Shown here: piece by piece, positions 51,101-64,000 of the stretch | How positions within the stretch are numbered: position 1 is the first letter of the stretch | Layout: every line of letters starts with the position of its first letter | Source of the DNA: Vicugna vicugna | Taxonomy: Eukaryota | Length of the DNA: 64,000 bases | Direction of reading: 5' to 3' | NCBI GenBank assembly: GCA_013265495.1 | Contig: MU058198.1 | Span: 4,281,579 to 4,345,578 of the forward strand | Notes under the pieces: generated by a model | The model's database searches: none | Seen by the model: only the letters and a program-made list of their open reading frames with translations | What the model was told of the DNA's origin: nothing | Made by a program: the position numbers and the translations under genes

Positions 51101-52920
51101 CACAGAGCCTACAAGAAAAATGAAGGAGAAAGCGCTGTAATGAGGCCCCCGTGGAGGACAGGCTGGTACCGGATAAAGGCCGTAAGTGTGCGGTCGGGGT
51201 GTGCGGGGCCCGGGGGGCAGAGGGTCAGGCTTTTTTTTCCTATCGTGAGGACACTCTGAGTCTTCTGAAAACAGAGGAGAAGGGGAAGACAGGACGAAGG
51301 TAAGAGGCAGAACCGAGGACAGGCGGAGGGGGACGGGGTTGAAAGCCAAGGCTTGGGTGCAGGCGGCACCTTTAGGAGGAAAGAAGAATCTCCTTTCCTT
51401 CACTGCCCGTCCCCTCACGTGCCAGCTTTCCTTGTCCCACCCTCAGCCTCTTCCCTGCCCCTGCCTGTGCCCCATGACTGACATACTTCTCTAGGGAAAA
51501 CAGTCTTGGGGAAAAAATAGAATAAGAGTTTAAACAAAAGAAAAGGTGGGGGTGCTGTTAAAAAAAATCTCTTTTTTGTGCTTGTTAGTCAACTCTTCCA
51601 AACCAGACTTGAAGCCATGCAAAGGCTAGGATGGCGATGTTTACTACTTTGTCCTCTGCAGGGCCCTGCGCCCAGAAGGTATCCCAGAAACACAGGCTCC
51701 CGGTGCCCTGAACGTGTCCAGCAAGGGTCGGGTCCCTGCAGGCTGAACGTTTTCCAGCAGCCTCATTCCTTTGCACCGTGACTCAACCCCATTATCCACG
51801 AACCTGGAAATGGGGTCACTTGGGAACGTAAGGGAGAATGGCCCAGTAACTGAGACCTCCTGCCCTCGAGACGGCTGAAGAGCTGGCTAAGGGGCCGCTC
51901 AAGACATAGAATTTTCCAATTCCAAAATCTAAAAACTGTCAGGCACAAAGCCACAGCCTGTTGGGAATCTCCTGCAATCTAGGGGAGAAGTGGCATTCTG
52001 GAGGGGGCCACTCCCGCCCTCACACGTGCTCACTCTCTTTCCTGACCACAGAGTTGTTGAACTCGGCACCTGGCTGATCCTCTTTCGGCTCAAGACCAGT
52101 GGCTCTGCTGGGTGCACCTAAGCGCCAGATGAGGGGACTACACTGTTAGCAAACTACTGCAACACGGCCAAGGATGACAGAGCAATTTCCTGCCTCCATG
52201 ACATTTACTGATCTCTGCTGATGGATGCTCTCACGACAAATCAGAGAGAATTAGAATCAAAGGGGTTAAGGTTCAGTTTAAAAGCAAACACTGGGGGTAA
52301 ATTCAGTCCACTCATAACTTGAGAGTAGAATCTGCAATGTGCTTGAACATGGTGGGCAGACGGAGTACTGATACAAACAAAAGCAAGTATAAGGACAGAG
52401 GAGAGATTTGAGAGAGGTGGCCGTGGTCTGACGGTGCAATCATCCTGACTATATGCCTGATGATGGGGTGGCAGGTGCTCAGTCTGAAATATTTTCCCAG
52501 AAATGTATGCTCTTGGAGACACAGGGCTAGAAATAAAGCCCTCTGGAACAAATAACTGATTTGGGAAAAGATAATCAGAGGCTAGAATTTTTCGAGCCTA
52601 TTTAGAAGAGAGAGAGAGAGAGAGAAAAAAAAAAAAAAAAAAAAAAGAAAAAGACAGGCACTCCCCAAAGGGTGCAGCCTTCTCTTCAACTGAAGATGTC
52701 AGAAGAACTGCAAATGGTCCATTAGTGTGTTAATTTGGGTTTGGGAGAAATTAGAGAATGCAGCAAGGGAAGATGGAAGTATGCTGGGAAACAGTGCCTG
52801 CCTGGGCAGAGCGGCTTTATCCAAAGGAAACGCATGCAAAGGAGTCGGGGTGAAGAAGAACAGAGGCAGAAGTGGCAGAGGCGAGAAGGAGGCATCAGGC
52901 CAGCACACAGGTTACATTAC

Positions 52921-53002
52921 CTTGATGGGCTCGCAATTCGGGAAGGGCCTTTTCTAAGACTGCTAATGCTTTTCTATGGTAATCTGCTTGGGCTTCTAAT
53001 AA
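52921..53002 (-). CDS. ARHGAP17: ARHGAP17 exon 9 (82 nt) LLEAQADYHRKALAVLEKALPELRAHQ, end of the BAR domain
   Basis: ctcAG|TTA ... CAAG|GTaatg. Confidence 0.95.
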
Positions 53003-53159
53003 CTGAGAACAGACCCACATTCAAAAACAAAAGTAACGTTAGCATTGGATGGACACACACACAATGGCTGAGCAAAACCAAAAATGACATCTTTTGCAAA
53101 AAAGCTAAAATGGCTCAACTTTACAATGCTTTACCATCCCGTCAGGGCAAAGTGCTTAC

Positions 53160-53228
53160 CGTCACGAAGAACTGGCCGTACTCCCCTTCTTTGGCCATGA
53201 AGTTGTACATGTCTGCTGCAAGCTGATC
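53160..53228 (-). CDS. ARHGAP17: ARHGAP17 exon 8 (69 nt) DQLAADMYNFMAKEGEYGQFFVT
   Basis: cccAG|GAT ... GACG|GTaagc. Confidence 0.95.
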
Positions 53229-55926
53229 CTGGGTGAGTGGGAGAGAAGATACGTCATTGAAGGAAAAAGAGGCGAAAGAAAGGGACATCTGAGAATTAAC
53301 CTCCGTAAGCACCTAGTCCTAGAGCAAAACGGGATGAAACGGCCACAGATGAAATGGCCATCAGTGACTGGTGCGATCACATACTGGGATGACGGAAAAG
53401 TAAGCAAGCTCATTGTGGTTGGATGCAGAGAGCGCTCCAAGGTCTACTGTTAATACGCCTTGTTAAGAAGTGCAGAGCACCACTTATGCTATGGTATGTT
53501 CCTATCTGGGTAAAAAAAGGAAAGGAAATACTTTTATTGCCATATCTCTATAAAAAAATACCCCTAGAAGAAAAAGCAAGAATCACTAACAGTGCTTACC
53601 TGTTGGGAGCAATGGACAGTCCCCTGTCTTCCTAATGCCTAATTATATATTGTTTTATACTTCTGATATCTGAATTAAATGTAAATGAATTACTTACATA
53701 AAAATTAAATAACCTGTCTGAAAGAGATAGATTGGGCAATTGGATATATGCATATTTCCCATTGTCATATACATATATATAAAAATTCCATATATACACA
53801 TATATATATTTTAAATGTACTGCCTTCTGTCATTAGCATCAAGCTGTACAAACTAACATGAAGGTCCTCTCATTTATGAAATGCTAGTTAGGAGTAACAA
53901 ACATTCTTTTAGAATAACTGGGAAGGCAACAAAGTAAATTCAGGAAGTCCCACTCCAATTTCCCCCCAAAAAAAGACAGAAGGAGAAAAAGAGACAGGAA
54001 AAGAAAAATTAAGAAAAGGTCGGGCATGAGCAGAAGCTGGGGGTGACCTGGGGTGGGTCTGTGCTAATCTTCTGGCCAAGGTTTTGAGTCTAGCAGTCAT
54101 GAGGGGTCAAAGGACAGAAAATGAAGCCTTGGGCCTAGTGAGGTGAGACACCATCACTGAGAGAAGATGAGACATGTCACACATAAAGATAACATTCCTA
54201 AGAAACTACGCCCTCAGCAGAGCATGGAAATTCTGGGGAGTTTATCTGTTTGGGGTTGGGCTCTGGGTCTGGAAAAGTAAAACATTTCCCTGAGAGTTCA
54301 TAAATATATATAGACCTGCTTTCATGAGGGTTTGAATTCTGAATTTATTATATGTGTGATCCAGGAACCCTCAAACCGAGAAAGGTTACTGGACTGGGAA
54401 TACTCTCTGGGAGACTCACTTCCAATCCCCAGAAGTCCCACAGATAAAGTCCCTCTTAAAATGAGCTCACAGTGCAAAATTGCACAACAGTCCACCGTAA
54501 AGGAAACTCCCACCACTGTCAGCGAAAACTTCAGAAAACAGAGTAACAGAGACTTAAAATAAGTGCATATAAATGATTAAAAACATTTAAAAAAATCAAT
54601 ACTGAAAAAGAATCATCACTATTAAAAAAGGCAGACTTGAAAAATTAGAACTTTAAAATGAAAAATATGGCCGATGAAATTCAAAACTCAATGTTAATCA
54701 GTTAAACAGCACATCAGACACAGCTGAAGAGAGAATCAGTGAAATAGAAATTAAAGCTCAGGAAAGTGTCCAGAAGTTAGCATAAAGAGAAAGGAGACAG
54801 AAAATATTTTCATAAGTTTTCACCATTTGAATTTCTGACAAGCCACGGTGTGGAAGGTGAGAGAACAGACACTAGTCCATAATGCACCAGTTCAGACTCC
54901 CCAGATCTCTAGCCAAATTTATATCCAATAAGTAGCCAATAGCCAAGATCTAGGTTAGACCAGATATGAAAAAGACTGCTGGGTAAATGATATAGCCAAG
55001 CTACAGCAATTCTGAACGAAAACAAGCCAGTGTGAGACTTTCATCAGAAGCATTTGTGTGAATATTACCTTTTTAAAGGGTATGGCATGACTTTGTGAGT
55101 TTGGTATGAATTCTTACCCATTATATTATTTTAAACAAGTCATTTTACTGCAGTTAACTGTCCAAGGTTTGCTATCTTGAAAAGGGGATTATAGCATGAT
55201 CTGAATACACTGAAATATAGTAGTCTTAATGCTATCTAGTAGAACAAAGAGACCGTTTTTGGAAAATGATGAATAGTTTAAGAGGAAGAAAAGTCTCAGG
55301 CAATGATCCTAAGAATCATCACAGGCCTGTTTCTTTACCACCTCAAATAACGTTTGGAATAAACATCAGCTTTCACAGATAGATGCACAGAGAGTGAGTT
55401 CACTTAACCACCTAGTCTGGAATTTAATTTATGAGATACAAAGTTACATTTCTCTCAAATTACAAACCAATTGTCCAAGCAACATTTCAAAAAAAGTCCT
55501 TCCCTTCTCTACAGATATATGATGACCCTTTTACTATATATTCAACTTGTAAATGTAACAGCATTCATTCTAGAAAACCTACACTATTCCATGAATCTAT
55601 TTTTGTGCCCATTGTGCACTGTTTTAATTGCTGTAAATGTATGATGTTTTTCTATAGTTTTACTTCTTTTTATTCCCCTATTCTTTATTCTAAATATTTG
55701 AATTTTTTTAAAAATAATGTTTTATTCTGATTATTAAGTAATGTAGAGTCTTGGAAAAATAAAGAGAGAAGGAAGAAGGAAATAAAAACCACCTTTAATA
55801 CCATTCAGGGAATTCTAATAGGAATTATGTAAAACATTAAATAATTGGCAGTATTTGACCTTTCATCTGTCATTTGCAAAAGCCAAAAGATTGGTGTAGC
55901 ACATATTTACTAAGGAATTCTCCTAC

Positions 55927-56038
55927 CTTGCACTGTTCTACTTTATTTCCAGCTTCATCCATCTCTTCCTTTAGGGTATCTATTTTTGACGGAAGCCCCT
56001 GGAAGTTGGTTCCTGAAGATTTGTGAGCCTGGTTCCAC
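55927..56038 (-). CDS. ARHGAP17: ARHGAP17 exon 7 (112 nt) WNQAHKSSGTNFQGLPSKIDTLKEEMDEAGNKVEQCK
   Basis: tgcAG|G ... CAAG|GTagga. Confidence 0.95.
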
Positions 56039-57699
56039 CTGCAAAGCACAGGCGTAGCCATTACCTGAGAATCAGCAGTACATGCTCAGCCTTATGGAGT
56101 CAAGGACCTAATGGAGACAGACTCCTTCCCCAAAACCGATTCTCGCTGGGACAGGTATCAGCACCTGGGATGCCTGCAAGTTTATCCTCTGAGAATGGAA
56201 ACAGGCAAAGGCGACATCGGCTTCCCACCATGACAGGACTCCCATAGTGCTGGGAGTAGCTTCTGCTCTGAGCAGAACGGACACCACATCTTGTCTCACA
56301 CAGACTCCACTGCTGGCAATCAATCCATGAAACCCCTTTCCTCTAGTGTCCAGACTTGGGATTCTTGCCATGAATGACCTCCCTGTTGTCTTGCTTTGAT
56401 CTAGAATGTTTCCTGTGCCACTGGGAGGCAGCTGCTGCTCTTAAAGACCCTTTATAACACCTCCTACTGTCCTGACCTGTGATGACTCTCAGCAAGAGAA
56501 AGCCAGAACTTCAGTCATGTTGCTAGTACGTAGCTATGAATGTACTTTAAGAATTAAAATCACTTGTAAGAATTAATATTCCAAAGACAATACTTATAGC
56601 ATATCTGAAACATGATGTGGAATGTTTACATTCCCTTTATAGGAAGTCAAAAGGACCCCCCCCCCCAATAATAGCATGGCAACAGTAGGGCGGTGCGTGG
56701 GAAATACGAATCTCAGACACTTTCTATTTGGTTTTCAAGGTGTTTCGACCTTCTGTTTAAACAGGGACATGACTGCCCATGCAGAAGGTTCTAACACTTT
56801 AAACTTAAACATGGATATTATGTAGATTTAGCATGAAAACCCATGTTAGCAACTTATTAAGCTTTCCAGACACCTGCATTGCCCCCAGAATGCTCTGCTC
56901 TGCCCTCCGTCACATTCCTCATGCAACGCACTCCTCCACAGCAGGACTTCCGTAAACCGAATGAAGCAAAACTGGCCATGCAGAGAGCATGAGTCTGATG
57001 GGCTCCAGTCTGAAGCTCAGCTCTACCTTCATTAGCTGTGTGACTTTGGGCCTCGTGATAAGGTATGAGAAAGGCTGGGGCCCACGGCGCCTCCCTCCCT
57101 ATTGGCTCCTCCTCTCATATGAGTCATTGACACAGATGTTCTCAAGGATGGAGCTGAGGCTGGAGCCTGGCCACCAGTCCTACAGATGGGCCGTCTGACA
57201 GCAGCCCTCCGGGATGGTTACTTGGTTTTACTTAGTTCCTACCTTTTCAGCACAGCATTGCTCGATTGTGAAGAATAATCACAACCACATGGGCTTTTCC
57301 GACTCAGTGGGACCCTCAGAAGCTGCTAGGATCACAGATCTATTTATTCCTACACTCCAGTGTTGGAATCAAAAGCAACACTCTTAGAACTGCCTGCCAC
57401 CATCCCTTCTCCCCCGAATACACTTCCTTAGGTTTCTTTTTTTTTTTTTTCCTGCCTCCTTTCACTGTTGATTGACTAGGAACAGGGTGTTCTACCGTCA
57501 TGCCATGGCCACGCTTGGGAGGAGGAGGACCGAAAGCAGCTGTAAGTAGGCTGTGTCTCAGGCTGTGGTCCAGTGTGTGAATGTGTGAGGACTTCCATTC
57601 TGTCCACCCAGTGGTCCTTCTCTCATCCATGGTGGGGGTGGGCTGGGGGGACCTGACACGGTACTGTATTACTGGTCATTTTTGGCAGCTTCACCTTAC

Positions 57700-57776
57700 C
57701 TGGCTCTGACCGAATCCCAGTCTAACACCAACTTGGCGAGCTGCTTTCTCTGTTTCTGGATGTTGGGAATCTCCAC
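57700..57776 (-). CDS. ARHGAP17: ARHGAP17 exon 6 (77 nt) VEIPNIQKQRKQLAKLVLDWDSVRA
   Basis: ttctAG|GTG ... CCAG|GTaagg; BAR domain. Confidence 0.95.
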
Positions 57777-58030
57777 CTAGAAAGAAGAACAAACCACATA
57801 CCAAACGAGACGGGCTTTGGGGTTTTCAGTTTAACATTTGAAAGTGCAATACTTACTTGCGATTCTTTTTTCCCTTAGACAAAGGATTTTGTACCCTCAA
57901 CTTAACTTCCCTTTTTTCCAGAAAGAAGCGTAAGTCAAAGCCCTTGGTTAGTGTTAAAATTTTAGACATAAGTGAACAACCACTCACCACCCAGCCCCCA
58001 CCAGTCTTGGGTCCCCAGCCAAGCACCCAC

Positions 58031-58142
58031 CTCTGCTATGCCATACAGAGGGTCCACTATCTCCTTCTCAATAAAGACTTCGTGCTGAGAGAGTTCCAGA
58101 GCCAGCTGATTCTCAGCATCCCCACACGTCTCCAACATCTTC
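58031..58142 (-). CDS. ARHGAP17: ARHGAP17 exon 5 (112 nt) KMLETCGDAENQLALELSQHEVFIEKEIVDPLYGIAE
   Basis: ttaaAG|G ... AGAG|GTgggt. Confidence 0.95.
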
Positions 58143-59519
58143 CTTTAAAAAACAAGACGCCCGACAACAAACATACGTCCGTTAAATCCGCCACCTGATT
58201 ACCACCACGAGCCAGCCCTGCTCGCCAAGCAATGGGAACACGTTAGGGTGCTACACATCGAAAAACAACTCTAAATTTAGAGTGTGAGTCCACAGATTTG
58301 TGCTTTAAAATAAACAGGCTATCTGAGATATACTTTGTGTGTGCGGGATGTGGGTTAACAGTGGGGTGACAACTCACTGAAAGATTAGGTCCTTGGGTCA
58401 AGTGAAAATCAAGTATTCTCAAAAGCACCCTGAAAAATCTTTTAAATCATAGGTAAAATTCATTATACTGTATGTTTTCTGTCTGCCAGTGAGTCCAGCC
58501 TACGTGGTGTTTTCTCCAGAGTTAAAGCAAGTGCTGGTTTGCCACTGGGCAAGTGAGCCGGTGGGCTAACACTTAAGGGCTGTGTCACATGAAACTCGTG
58601 GTTCCTCTTCCTTCCTGGGAGCGTACCGTTGATGGCACAAGAAGTACACCTGCAAAGGATATAATGGCTCTGTCTCTGCCCTTCCCCCTCCAGTTCTCTA
58701 TGCGGTCCTTTTGAAATTATAAATAAACATGTGTGGTGCTGGCCTGCGGTGGCCACGGTGCCGCAGGCAGGAACAGTGACCTCTAGTGCCAGGCTGCCCC
58801 AGTGTGGATGCAGGCGTGGCTGTTTGCCAGCCGTGTGGTCTTGGGCAATTTACTCACCCTCCCTGTTTGTCAATTTCCTCATCTGTAAGATGGGGATGTT
58901 AATATCACCTATTTCCTAGGTTGGTTCGAGGGTTAAATGAGCTGTTACTGGAAAAGCACTGAGAACAGTGCTGGTACACAGCAAGCACTCTGCCAACCAG
59001 GGTGGCGATGGTGTCGGCAGCAGGAGGAGGAAGTATGAACACGGAAACACATCCAGGCTGGAGGGAGGGGGGCCAGCATGCAGGCGCGCATCCCCTCCTC
59101 TCAAGGCCAGTGCCCCCAAGTATGGGAGCACAGAGAAGACAAAGGAAGGGTGCAGAGTGAGAGGAAACCACTGTCTCCTCCAACGAACCACGGAGAATTG
59201 TAGGATACAGAGCATGGCAGACCTCGGGAAATAGGCTGAAAAGTCCAAAGGCCATATACCCGGCTGGGAAGGGAGGGCCCGTCTTACAGCAGGAGAGGGC
59301 AGACTGGATCAAAGGACACTGGCCTCGTGGAGAAGCAGGTACAAGGAAGGGAAAACCTTCCCTCTCAACAATGCAAACAGCTTTATTATTAGATTTTTAA
59401 AGTATTTATATAATACATGCCCATCGTAAAAAAACAATCCAGATAATTCAGAAAGGATACTACTTTGAGACAACCTCCATGGACATTATGGTAATTGCCT
59501 TTAAAATAAGTGACTCTTA

Positions 59520-59657
59520 GCAGGGAGGGAGCACAGAGAGCTCTTAGTAGAGCATGTGCTTAGCATCAACAAGGTCCTGGGTTCAATCCCCAGCACCTCC
59601 ATTAAAAAAAATAAAAGTACCTAAATACCCACCCCCCCCCAATTTTTTTTCTTTAAA
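59520..59657 (+). mobile_element. Camelid-type SINE with a perfect 18-bp TSD
   Basis: TAAAATAAGTGACTCTTA at 59502-59519 and 59658-59675. Confidence 0.85.
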
Positions 59658-60014
59658 TAAAATAAGTGACTCTTAAGGACGGGAAGGGACTGGTCAGGGC
59701 TTATAAATCTGAGTGAACACCTGGAACAGGGAAGGGACTGAGTTCTTTATATCCAGGGAATAAATATTGGCCCTATCAATTACTTTCATTAGCAGCCTTT
59801 GGCATCATCCATCCTTGCTTCCACTAAAAGGAAGCTTCTCCTGCATCCCACCGGCCTCCCATGGAGCCTGAGCTGTTCTCCCGGCAAACGAGCCATGGCA
59901 TCATGCTCATGTCCCTGTGGTCACACGGGTGGCTGCCACGCACCCCACCCAGCTGTCCGCTTCCACTGACCCGCGGGGCGCTCGGCTCTCCTTCTGAAAG
60001 CGGCCAACTCTTAC

Positions 60015-60088
60015 CCCAGGAGAGAGTCTTCTAGCTGAGTCGATGCTTCTATCATGTTCTGAGCGAGAGCTGTCAGAGGGAGTTTTTT
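60015..60088 (-). CDS. ARHGAP17: ARHGAP17 exon 4 (74 nt) KKLPLTALAQNMIEASTQLEDSLLG; exons 1-3 lie beyond the window
   Basis: ttccAG|AAA ... TGGG|GTaaga. Confidence 0.93.
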
Positions 60089-62235
60089 CTGGAAGGAAGA
60101 AGACAATGAGTTTTGGTTTTTGTTTTTTTTTCTCTTCCCATTACAAATGATACCCTGTTCTCAGTTACCTGCTTCAGATTATCAGTCACTGGTTTCTCCT
60201 CCAGGCAAACTGCACATAAGAGACAGTCTGTCTGGGTTCAGGTTCTGGTCTTAAAGGTTACGAGTCGTGTGACTTAACCTCTGTGTCAGTTTCCTCATGC
60301 CTGGAATTTAGGGATAACAGTGCGAGGGTCCCAGGGCTGCCTGGCGACTACAGGAGGTATTCAAGGTCCAGTACCTCCCACGTGGTAAGGACTCAGTAAA
60401 CATTCACAGCTATTATTACTGTGGTTGTTGCTATTATTATAATTACTAATAAGCCAAGGGCATACTATGTCCCAGGCACTGGGGACATAAGACATAGACC
60501 TTGCTCTCTGATCATTATGAAAAATGAATGCCATGGGGTGCTCAATTTCAAAAACTCTAGCTAGAATACTCTTTCTGAAACTGGCTATTCATTTGGCCGT
60601 AATCATAAAGACGCAGCTCTCGTTAAAGATCTGGAAAAACCTAGCTAAATAACAAAAGAAGGCTTTTTAGGCACGAAGCCACTCACTTCCTATCAGAGGT
60701 TTGTTTTTCAGTTGGAAATGACCGTAAGGGTCATCTGATCATCGTTCTAACTGTGCAGTCAAGCAACATGAAGCCCAGGGGGCTCACACGTGTGACCAGG
60801 CACCCCAGTGAGGGGGCGCAGAGCCAGACCTCAGCGCTGACGGCCCAAGCCCAGGTTCAGAGTCTGTCCACCACCGGCTGATGGCTTATGTCAGAATGTG
60901 GGCAGCAGAGGCCTGGAAAGCAGCAAGTGCGTTGGTTATAATACCATAAGCTGCTAACAAAAAATGCTTTCACTGCTACAGGACTCCATGTAATTTTTGC
61001 CTTCCCAGTAGAAAGGGTACTCACATCAGAGACCCAGGGTCCACCCTGGGGGGAACTGCTCCGCCCTGACCTCAGGCATGTCTCCTGCTTTTCCTGCTTT
61101 CAAGGGCTGCACCTGATGCAGGTGTACCCGTCCCTGCTTCTATCATGTAGAGTATCTCTTGAAAGCTGTACAAGAAGCTGCTAATACTGGTGGTCCTGGA
61201 GAGCGGAGTGGGGTGCCCGGGAACAGGGCTGGGAGAGACCTCACTTCATCTTCTCTTATCATGGATTTTGACCATGTAAATGGGACAGCCCGTGCAAAAT
61301 AGTACACTGAAATTTAACAATAAGTAGCAACAAACATATGTACCCATCTCTCCTCCTCCTTGAGTTATTCTCCAATAAATAAATAACAGGCTTCACGTCT
61401 CCTGGGCTTTCTCACTTCCAGCCCAGGAAGACACGTGAAAACGGGCAGTGGGCTGGGATCAAAATAGAGGGTAAGTGATACCTTTTAGTTACACAGCCTT
61501 TCTAAGGGAAGTTAATGTAGGATAAGGGCGGTAATTAAGAGAAATACACTTTTTGCAACTCTGGAGCTCTATGGGTCCCTTCCAGTTCTTGCCTCTTCGC
61601 TCGCATGGGAGCTGCTGGCGGGGCCTCTGGGAAGCTCCTCCTCTGTTTTTTAGAGCCCTAGAGATCTGCTGTGGTTTTCTGCATACAACCGGCCTCTCAT
61701 GGTCACCTGTTGTCTGTTGTTTTCACGGTGACTCCTCTTCCCACGTGCAGAGTGTAAACATCCCCAGAGCCCTGCCTTGGGGGCTTTGGTTTGAGGTTGG
61801 AAAAGGCAGGCTAAGGCACTGGGTCTTAGAAATGAGGCACCTTTGCCCCTGCTGCCTGGAATATACCCATCACCTGCCACTCATTTTCCTCCTTTACAGC
61901 TCAGCCACCACCGCCTCCAGGAAGCCTCCCTGCCTCCCCCCTCCTCCTTTGGTCCCCCCCAATACCCTGTGCACATTCTGTTTAGCATGTTGTTTTATAA
62001 TTACCATTTCGGGGTGGGGAGCCTCCTCCACCAGGCTGTGAGCACCTTTTAAGGCAGACACCACATCTTACTCTTCTACAGCTCCGGCACTTGTACACAG
62101 TAGGTGTTTGATAAATACTGCATTTGTGTTTTAATGAATACATGCAATACCTGGGCTGTGTCTCAAAGCAGACAAAAGGACCAACAAGATGTAACTGTGT
62201 GACGATGATGGCATATAGCATGAGTAAGAGGAAGT

Positions 62236-62273
62236 GGGCGACACTGAGACTGCCGGGCGACACTGAGACTGCC
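62236..62273. repeat. Perfect 19-bp tandem duplication (GGGCGACACTGAGACTGCC)x2
   Basis: Read directly from the sequence. Confidence 0.95.
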
Positions 62274-64000
62274 AAGGGAAATGCGAGCAGATTGTGAAGG
62301 GTTTACGTCATCTAAAGAGCTCCGACTTTGGGGTATTTTGTACGGCAAAGAGAAGACAGCCAATATTTTCTAATAACTTTAAATGGAGTATAATCTATAA
62401 AAAAATACTGGATCATGATGTTGTACACCTGAAATGAATAATATTGTAAATCAACTATACTTGAATTAAAAAAAAAAAAGAGCTTGGACATTAAACCAGC
62501 CGATGGGAACCAGCCGGTGTCCCCGCCAGAGCACTGCCCGCACTATGGGACACTTCCTTGGGTGCAGCTATTCCGCCAGGCAGTGAAGAGTGTTCAGCAT
62601 CCTGGTCCCCACCCTCCAAAACCTAGTAGTGTCCCCCAGACCTGATGGCAATCAGAAAAGTCTCCACTTTTCCAAATATCCCCAGGAGTGTAATTCTGGT
62701 CCTGGTTGAGCACAGCTAAGCTTAAGATATTTTTTTTTTTCTTTTCCAGGCAGAAGGAAGACAGGATCAATTTGTATTTCAAGAAACCAACTCTGGTGAT
62801 CAGGTTGAAGAAAGGCTGGAAAAGAAGGAAATTAGAGGCAGGAAATGGAGCTCAAGAGGTGACCGTGACAGGCCAGGTGAGAGGGAATCGAGTCTTCATT
62901 AAGGCGAATGTGGTAAAGATGGAGCAGAAATGAGGAATTCAAGAAACACTCACAGAGGGAATCACAGGACTCGCTAATCCAGCAGCTATGGGAGGGTGGG
63001 GATAAAATAAAAGGGAGTATAGATAACCCTACAGTTTCTGGCTTGCATAATAGGGTGGAAGGAATTTAAGCGTCAACACAGAGGAAAGAACTAGTTACTC
63101 ACGCTCAAGGAGACAACGAGGGGAGGAAGCATTCTGTTTGGTTGAAAATGGTTTACAAGTCCCTGAATAAACACATCAGTTAGAAGCCATGAGAACTGAA
63201 GGCGTGGCCCAAGGCAAGGAATGTGACTGTGAGAATAAAGAGGCGAAGGACAGAACCTCAGGAAACAGCACGACAGGGGCAGGCAGAGCAGAAGCCGTGG
63301 CAAGAGAAAGCGAGGGAGCAGCAGGGGCGGAACCAGCAGACCGAGTCTGGTTCTGGCGGACAGGACCTGCAGCAGACGTTCCTGGAATCGCAGGTGTTTA
63401 CAAACTTCCGCGGCTTAGACAGACATCGCGGTGGGAAAACTACGTATCGTGCAAGGGAGGAGTAACCCTGTTGTCAAGATGGCCAGAAACGCGTGTAGGA
63501 AATATAAAAGAAGGATGACACAGGTCATCTGCATACCAGGTCTTCCTCGTGAGACATCTGGTGACAAACAAAGCAACGTGGGAAGTCATAGCTTCCCTGT
63601 ACGCCGCTGCAACTCCTGCCTTAATGTTTTACGGGCTTCTAAGGGGCAGTGTGTGCTCATAAGCTGGGAACTTGTAAAACTAAGGACGGAACTGCCGAAT
63701 GAACAAAGCTGCTGTGCTCTGCCGGTGGGACACGGGGGGCTGGATGCTCTGAGCAAACGTATCCTGGGGTGGGCGTTCAATTGTTCTCCCAGGGCCCATC
63801 CTTCCTCCTGTCTACTGCAGCACCCTAAGTTCTCCTAAGGATCTAGCCTGGCCTCGATGAAGCCTATGAGCTGGAGGCAGGACCACAGCCAATGCTCTGG
63901 GGTGAGCAGTGATCAGTGTAAGTCGATCAACACATCCCACCTTCTCTCCCAACCTCACCCCCTACCCGTGGTAGCTAGTGCGGGTCGGGGTGTTGGGGAG

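Noticed and set aside
1..64000. Prokaryotic-type systems (CRISPR arrays, operons) or horizontally transferred genes
   Set aside because: No repeat-spacer arrays or long intronless ORFs; all recognisable coding sequence is explained by SLC5A11, ARHGAP17 and mammalian repeats.

Overview
Mammalian genomic DNA, probably camelid (alpaca/llama/camel), judging by eight copies of a tRNA-derived Vic-1-like SINE. Two genes lie tail to tail. The last 7 coding exons of SLC5A11 (SMIT2/SGLT6 Na+/myo-inositol cotransporter) are on the + strand at 1515-12198. Exons ~4-20 of ARHGAP17 (RICH1/Nadrin; BAR + RhoGAP + proline-rich + PDZ ligand) are on the - strand at 60088-20264. All of these exons have GT-AG boundaries and compatible phases; exon numbers follow my recollection of the human gene. 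The main anomaly is a near-identical ~814-bp tandem duplication (46708-48337) that copies the 128-nt, frame-shifting ARHGAP17 exon 10 with both splice sites; it may be a real young duplication or an assembly artefact. The last ARHGAP17 intron also holds candidate stop-containing cassette exons, most notably a 21-nt microexon that would switch the C-terminal PDZ ligand from -STAL to -VTDV. The remainder is intronic or intergenic sequence with L1, SINE, MIR, MaLR LTR and hAT (MER) fossils. Repeat family names are assigned by eye, not by a search.
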